DNA of 64,000 nucleotides from Haliotis cracherodii (taxonomy: Eukaryota), in the NCBI RefSeq assembly GCF_022045235.1, contig NW_027266266.1, forward strand, positions 9,796,001-9,860,000. The letters run 5' to 3'. A model generated the notes under the pieces. That model was given only the letters and a program-made list of their open reading frames with translations. It searched no databases and was not told where the DNA came from. This document shows positions 57,511 to 64,000 of this stretch, piece by piece. Both the position numbers and the translations under genes were made by a program. Within the stretch, counting starts at the first letter, position 1, and the number at the start of each line of letters is the position of its first letter.

Positions 57511-60500
57511 ATTCAGTGATTGACATCACGAGCATCAATCCACGCAATTGGGATACGATGACATGCATCAACCAAGTCAGCGAGTCTGACCACCCGATCC
57601 CGTTAGTCGCCTCTTACGACAAGCATAGTCGCCTTTTTGGGCAAGCATGGGTTGCCGAAGACCTGTTTTACCCCGGAACTTCACTGGGGGTAGGTACATA
57701 CATGTTTATGTATCTGGTATTATGTTGTGTTGTGCCGGGTGCCATGGACTCTGTTTTAGCGATAGATATCCCAAATCTCCGAAAAAAAATAATTTAATTT
57801 TGAGGCTGTATTTTTAATCTGATTACCCAGTATTTTGTTACATTGATGCTGTTGTTTAAGTCAGATAACGCATGCTCGTACATAATTTATAACGAATGTC
57901 CAGTTACTTGTAGGTTATCCTCACCAGAATGTACACAATGCAAAATAAATATTAAAGGGTGAGTGAGAGTCGACGTTCATGATCAGTGGTAATCAAATCG
58001 TCCAGATGCATGGACATGAATGTACCTGAATATAACAACAACGCAATGTCATTGAAGTGACCGCTCATATAAGTTGTCATATTTGGTTCATAAGACAGTT
58101 CTTACCGACTTCATTTTTCCAAGTAATGACAATCTATCTTATATTCTTAGCTACTGCTGGGAGTTTATCATGACCCCGACAGAGTTATTGTGTAGTTTCG
58201 AAGTTAAACCATTGGACATCACGTCGAACACCGGGTTCGAGTCTCATTATGTAACACCCATTCTTATCAGCTCACTCATTTGATGGTCCGTCGTTTTTGG
58301 TCAACAACAAATACCATCTTTTAACGCCTCTTGGTGTGACGCGGCCAGGGGATGGAATCACCGACCTCCCGCTCTCCGGAAAGATGATTTATCTACGGCT
58401 CCACGTGGGTGGTTCTTGAGATGAAACTGACAAGTGACATAAGCTCGACACGAGGTAGAAAATTGGTAAAAGCTGGTATATTGGATGTCGGATGTCTTAT
58501 GTCGTATGTCAGGTGTCGGATGCTGGTGAATACATGATTAGATCTTCATATTTGAAATTCTCTTTACCGGATATAAAAATTGGAATGCTAGTTATCTGCT
58601 CATTATATATCAGACCACACGCATATGATCACGATCACGCAGCTCATGAAGGGCAGGGACCAAGTCTATGTGACGAGTCCATTGCAAAGCTCAAACGGCT
58701 GTGCAGATGCGCAAAGCTTGAAACATAACGATCGGTTAGCGAGCACTCCACTTAATATATTATTGTTATTATTTAATTTTATTTTCAAGACAACGAGGGT
58801 TTTCATGCGCAAATATTTAAAAAAAATCAGCAAGTTCTACAGAAAGACCACTACAAAAATGTTGCAAACAAAAGTGCAGCAATTTGACTATAACTTGTGT
58901 TCAATTGTAATTATTATGAACCAAATAGGTTTTTTCCTCCGTGAAATTGATAACGATTGCATATATTAATAGAATAATTTGTTTTCAAATACATATTAAA
59001 TTAAAAAACACAGGAAACGGAAAAAGATTGGATTTTGTACATTACACATCAAATCATTATCGGTTACCGTCATCTAAAATTGTTTATTTTCCTATTGATT
59101 GGTAAACTGTTCCGTTTAGTGTTATATGTGCTTCTGATAAACATGCTTGTTATAAATCTATATTTCATATGCAAAAAAGTAACTGTTTATCGATAAGAAG
59201 ATTTTATACAATGTATCTTCAATCTTCAGATTCGAACTCGAAACTATATGTTTTCAATGGCAAACCAACATTTTATGTGTAGTGACGAGTTACCTCCCTT
59301 ATAGATACATCCGGCAAGTGGGAGGTTTCCACGATGTGTCTGAAGCCGAATGCTATCTTGTATGTATATATGCAGTGATGTAGCAGGCTTTCATTGAAGA
59401 GTGTACCCTGGGGTGATGCTATATTACAAAGTCTAGGTGAAAATGCTTCTAAACAAGTTGCTGTGTTCCTAACACAAACCTATAAGAGTACGTATTTCCT
59501 GAATTGGGGCCCTATAAGGGTTAAATGTTGTTTTCGTAATCCCACGTGTTTAGCGTTGACACTGAAACCCCGACAGTCGGGAACCGCGCCTTTCGAAAGA
59601 TTATTGTCGGGGATGTCTACAGTGAAACCTCCTTAGTTCGAACCTCGTTAATAACGGCTCTAGCGTTGAAATATAAAATCACGTCGAACGGTAACATTTC
59701 AACCATGTTGTAACCCGCTTGATACGAGTTTTGTTGGGAAATTGCTTCGATAAACCGGAAATTGGTTAATCGATTTCATTTGGGACGGTGTCGTCTGCAT
59801 TAAGGAGTTTCGTTGTACATGCCATCATAAGGATGCCATTACTAAGTTAATTATTCGCTAAACCGGAAGATTGTTATTTGATAGTCTGAATTAACGGGGT
59901 GTCGTATGTTTCTAGAAATATATAAGTTATTCATTATCGAATTTTGATCGGCGTTGCGTGTTTAACCATCGCTCGCCAGTCGCTCCGTTTCATTAATATT
60001 ACGGGGCGGTCGGGTAGCCTTGTGGATAAAGCGTTCGCTCGTCATGCCGAAGAACCAGGTTCTATTCCCGACATGAGTACAATGTGTGAAGCCCATTTCT
60101 GGTGTCCCCCCGCCGTGATATTGCAGGAATATTGCTAAAAGCAGCGCAAAACTATACTAACACACTCACTCACTCACTTATTAATATTACTGAGAAAGTG
60201 ATTTAAAAAAAGACCATTTATTTCTACATACTTGTCTGAAGATATACTTTGACACGATTAGGGAAGGTAGGTTACACCATTTTCTAGGTTACAGACATCT
60301 GTAGATTAAAATGGCTGGACTGCAATCTGAGTTTGTGACATGAATTTCTACAACACGAACCACCCGTAAAATATCAGTATAGATATGTTCCCAAAAAATC
60401 TCCCCTTGAATGATTGATTGAATGATTCCAGCTATATGACGGCGGTCAGTAAATATTCAATTCTGGACCAGACAATCCAGTGATTGACATCATGAACATC

Positions 60501-61204
60501 GATCTTCGCAATTGGGATACGATGACAAGCACCAACCAATAATTATTCGACAATGAAAGCAATTTTAGAATAGTTATCCCGATATTGTTTAATAGAAATA
60601 AAAAGCTAAAGAACGGTTCAAAGATGGTATCGAGAATATACAATCTTACAACTAATTAGTGACAAACCTGTATTTAACCTCACAGCATGTAACCGATAGG
60701 AAAAATAGAATGTTTCCTTTTTTATTTTCACATACATTTTACATCCATCATATTTTGCAAATTAATGACTGATTATTGAAGTTTAGCATATTATATGCAT
60801 ATGTGAAATTAGCAGTTCAATTTAATTTAATATAAAAGGGGGCATTTTAACCACGAAAAATAAATGATCAAAGTATTAACATACATACCTGGAACAAAAG
60901 AAGCACTACTCTTCTTGAGTTTAATATATCCTCGAACATCAGTGTATCTTTTTTGTGTGTTGAATGTTTTCAAATTATATTACATATTTGTGATGTTTAA
61001 ATTGAAAAAACCCCAAGAATCTGAATAGTTTCTGTAAAGCACTGGTGCCTGAAGACCTAATGTGAGAAATAGGCATGATGAATATTTGACCATAAGCCAT
61101 CAACATCACTGTAACAATCAAACTCACCTTTCAGCTGTTGGAAGCACCCGGTGGAACTGAGAGGAATAACTGGTGCTAGGATCTTAACTACTGGTGGGAG
61201 CCTG

Positions 61205-61402
61205 AAAGAAAGCTGATGATACATCTCTGTGTAAATATAGCTTTCATTCTGCCAGAGGTCATAGATAGTCTTTCCAGTGCTAGTCCTAAAGGATGCACCA
61301 AGCTGTGCTAGAACTAAACCCCTGCACCAATGACGCTTCAGGAACTGCCCACGCTTCAGGAACTGCCGATCCATCTGACACCAGAGTCTCTGCTATCCTG
61401 TT
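61205..61402 (+). pseudogene. Decayed tandem copy of the 5' leader and F-box start of the downstream gene
   Basis: aagctgatgatacatctctgtgtaaata...aaggatgcaccaagct...caggaactgcccac...ctgacaccagagtctctgctatcctgtt mirrors 61410-61622, with indels. Confidence 0.7.
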
Positions 61403-61477
61403 AATCAAGGAAGCTGATGGTACGCCTCTGTGTAAATACACCTTTTGAAGTTTTCATCACTTATTCAGGAATCCGTG

Positions 61478-63124
61478 ATGGCACATCCATTTCTAGAACT
61501 TAAGGATCCACCAAGCTTTGCCAGAGCTAAACCTTCTCCACCATTAAATCTCCAGGAACTGCCCACAGAGCTGTTGGAGTCCATCTTCCTCTATCTGACG
61601 CCCGAGACTCTACTGTCCTGTTCCAGAGCAGCTTCAAGATTCACCCAAGTCATCGACTCAGGTGGCTTCTTCGACTTGTATTGCAAGACCACACTCCAAG
61701 CACCATGGGTTACATCAGACATGGTCCTGCGAACAAAGGGGGTGTTCCACAAGGTTCTTCAAATGTGGTATTTACAGAACATCACTCTTTGTCACCCGAA
61801 TGTGATTTTCAAAAACTGTAACAAACTTCTTTCCATTGGTCTCCTCAAATATGCCATAAAAATGTGGCTCGTATCTAATATGTCAATCTCGTATCAAATC
61901 CCAATTGAAAATGAAAACAAATCAGACGTTCGGATATATGAGATATATGACAAGGACGCTAAGTCGTTATTCATTAAGGTAGCGGTGCTCTTTCCAAAGT
62001 TCATTGAAATGACATTGTTCAACGTCAGAACTGCATCATTTGGTGTAGGAAATCCCTACATGTTACCTTTCATAATGTTCAAAAATGATGTCCTTGAACG
62101 GGGTTATCTTGATAACTTTAATTGTAAATATCACTTTGAAATTATATGTAGATATCCAACAGAAGATTGCGACTGGCACCGCCCTGCTGTAGTCATCCTT
62201 GTGGGGAAGGATTCTTGGATAGGCTGGTGTGGTAGTGTTGAAAAGTTCGGATTTCAATTTACGGATACATGGGGAAGATGCAAATTAGCACTGAATGCAC
62301 CAGTCACAGACACCCAAAAAGCTTTCAGGGACACTTTTACACGTTTCGTTGAAATCCCTGAGAATGTTGGCCTGAGTCATTACTTGTACGACTGCTTCAA
62401 TGTCAAAGTCACACATACTCTGAAGGCATTGCTTGGATCTGCGGTGGTGGGTGTACCACTGTGGGAGAAACACAGCTCCCTGATGGAGGACCTTGCACGG
62501 AAGATTGAAAGGAAGCTTGAGAGATTAAAACTTCCTAAAGATAGAATAAAGTTACTACAACACTACCTGGATGACTGTTTGCAACAGAGGAGTATCTCTG
62601 GACAAAGCATAGAAAGAAAACCATCAAAGACCTGCTACGTGGCAATATTACGTTACCTTCACAGGATCCTGAATAACGTGTTTTATCCCGAGTGTATGTG
62701 CTATTTAGGCAACGTTCAGTGTTGTAGATACCTGGCTCTGACGAGGATGGGAGACAAACTGCTGTCCAACATCAGAATGACACATGCAGATACAGCACGC
62801 GATGTTATTAAGAGTTACTGTGAACACTTTTCTGTCCACCACCTTCCGCCAAAGTTGTGGCCCACACATCTTCTTAGTCATGCTATAACAGCCGCACCTG
62901 TATGTGCCAAGGTGGCGCAGCTTGACGTCATGTTGTGGACGAAGGGTCTTCACAGCATGCCCGTGACAGACAAGACAATACGCTTTATCACCGCGCAAGT
63001 AGAGACATGTGGTCTGATGACTCAAAGCCTTAGTCAGTTGTTGAGTCTTAAACAATGTCCTCCTCTTGGTGGCCTGATCAGATGCTGTCACCATGGCGAC
63101 GATACCGTATATCGCCGTCTATAA
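61478..63124 (+). CDS. Intronless F-box domain protein (~548 aa) with an uncharacterised C-terminal region
   Basis: The only long stop-free ORF in the window. First ATG at 61478, preceded by an acceptor-like cacttattcag at 61468. N-terminal F-box LQELPTELLESIFLYLTPETLLSCSRAASRFTQVI; AATAAA at ~63194 and ~63237. Confidence 0.8.
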   Translation: MAHPFLELKDPPSFARAKPSPPLNLQELPTELLESIFLYLTPETLLSCSRAASRFTQVIDSGGFFDLYCKTTLQAPWVTSDMVLRTKGVFHKVLQMWYLQNITLCHPNVIFKNCNKLLSIGLLKYAIKMWLVSNMSISYQIPIENENKSDVRIYEIYDKDAKSLFIKVAVLFPKFIEMTLFNVRTASFGVGNPYMLPFIMFKNDVLERGYLDNFNCKYHFEIICRYPTEDCDWHRPAVVILVGKDSWIGWCGSVEKFGFQFTDTWGRCKLALNAPVTDTQKAFRDTFTRFVEIPENVGLSHYLYDCFNVKVTHTLKALLGSAVVGVPLWEKHSSLMEDLARKIERKLERLKLPKDRIKLLQHYLDDCLQQRSISGQSIERKPSKTCYVAILRYLHRILNNVFYPECMCYLGNVQCCRYLALTRMGDKLLSNIRMTHADTARDVIKSYCEHFSVHHLPPKLWPTHLLSHAITAAPVCAKVAQLDVMLWTKGLHSMPVTDKTIRFITAQVETCGLMTQSLSQLLSLKQCPPLGGLIRCCHHGDDTVYRRL

Positions 63125-64000
63125 TAGGTTTTGGTACCTTGAATTTGGGTGGATACTGGACATTAAATGGATATATGAAAACGTACTACCTACAATAAAT
63201 ATATTCAGTGTAGGGATTGAGTTTAGGTGTCTGAGAAAATAAAACAATTGATCCTACCTTAGTTCTGTGGTAATGTCAAGTACATGAGTATATAGATGAA
63301 TTTTGTAAATATTATTTCCAGTAGAAAACATCTTTACAGTGTACCCTTGAAGATCCGGGACTTGATGCATGTCATCGTATCCCAATTGCGTGGATCGATG
63401 TTTGTGATGTTAATCACTGGATTGACTGCTTTATGATGAGAAAGATTAGTCACAACGTTTGTCAGGGGCACGTGTCAAAAGCGTTAGGATTAGTTATGCA
63501 CATTAAAACACGGCGTGTCAGCTCAATTGGCGCATGTCGTAGATGTTGCCCTGGGACAATATACTACTCAAAAGAAGTAAAATAACAACCAGAATTGGAA
63601 GAATATGTGTTGCAATACACAACACAGACAACACAGCCCTGACAGATTAACCTCAGTCATTTCAAAACATCTCGTGTTCTTTAACTTCTTTTAGGAACTA
63701 CATTTTCATCTTCCCGAGGCAAGGTCGTCAACTGACTATACGAGTCCGTGGAAACTGGACTTTTATTGTCAGTTAACGCCCTTACCTCGGAAACGATTAG
63801 TTTTAGCCATTGACTATTTACTGACCTGTTATTATTGACATTGGGTATTGATATTTTTCGTCGGGTATTCAATACTGTTTTACAGAATTAGTAGACAATT
63901 GTAAAATAAATTCTGCTTAAAATGCTGTTTCGGGTGATTTCAAATTTGAATCTATTCGTGTGCAGCCCGAAGTTTGTAGCTGTTGCATGAACTCACAACA

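Noticed and set aside
58180-58262. Possible tRNA gene
   Set aside because: Only a B-box-like ggttcgagtc; no convincing cloverleaf.
62705-63094. Antisense ORF overlapping the F-box gene (also 62063-62257, 62285-62473)
   Set aside because: Short shadow frames with no motifs.

Overview
Repeat-rich animal genomic DNA. The SINE tails, ependymin genes and SULT features suggest a mollusc, plausibly an abalone-like gastropod (inference). Most real genes are spliced and so are missed or fragmented in the ORF track. By manual exon reconstruction I find: (1) three apparently intact 5-exon cytosolic sulfotransferase (SULT) paralogues (A on -, B and C on +), plus a broken inverted copy of B inside an inverted segmental duplication (11.2-26.1 kb copied to 48.1-56.4 kb); (2) two tandem 6-exon genes for secreted, divergent ependymin-related proteins (EPDR, 216 and 219 aa); (3) an intronless ~548-aa F-box ORF with an unrecognised C-terminal region, preceded by a decayed copy of its own 5' end. 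Mobile DNA includes four SINE families, I/Nimb-type and R4/Dong-type LINE fragments, a Penelope-like element with hammerhead-ribozyme-like termini and several palindromic footprints of it, a solo LTR, a decayed Polinton/Maverick (pPolB + integrase tail), a Tc1 transposase remnant, MITEs and many mini/microsatellites. There are three N gaps. All gene models are by-eye predictions from GT-AG splice sites, phase continuity and motifs; no database search or expression data was available.
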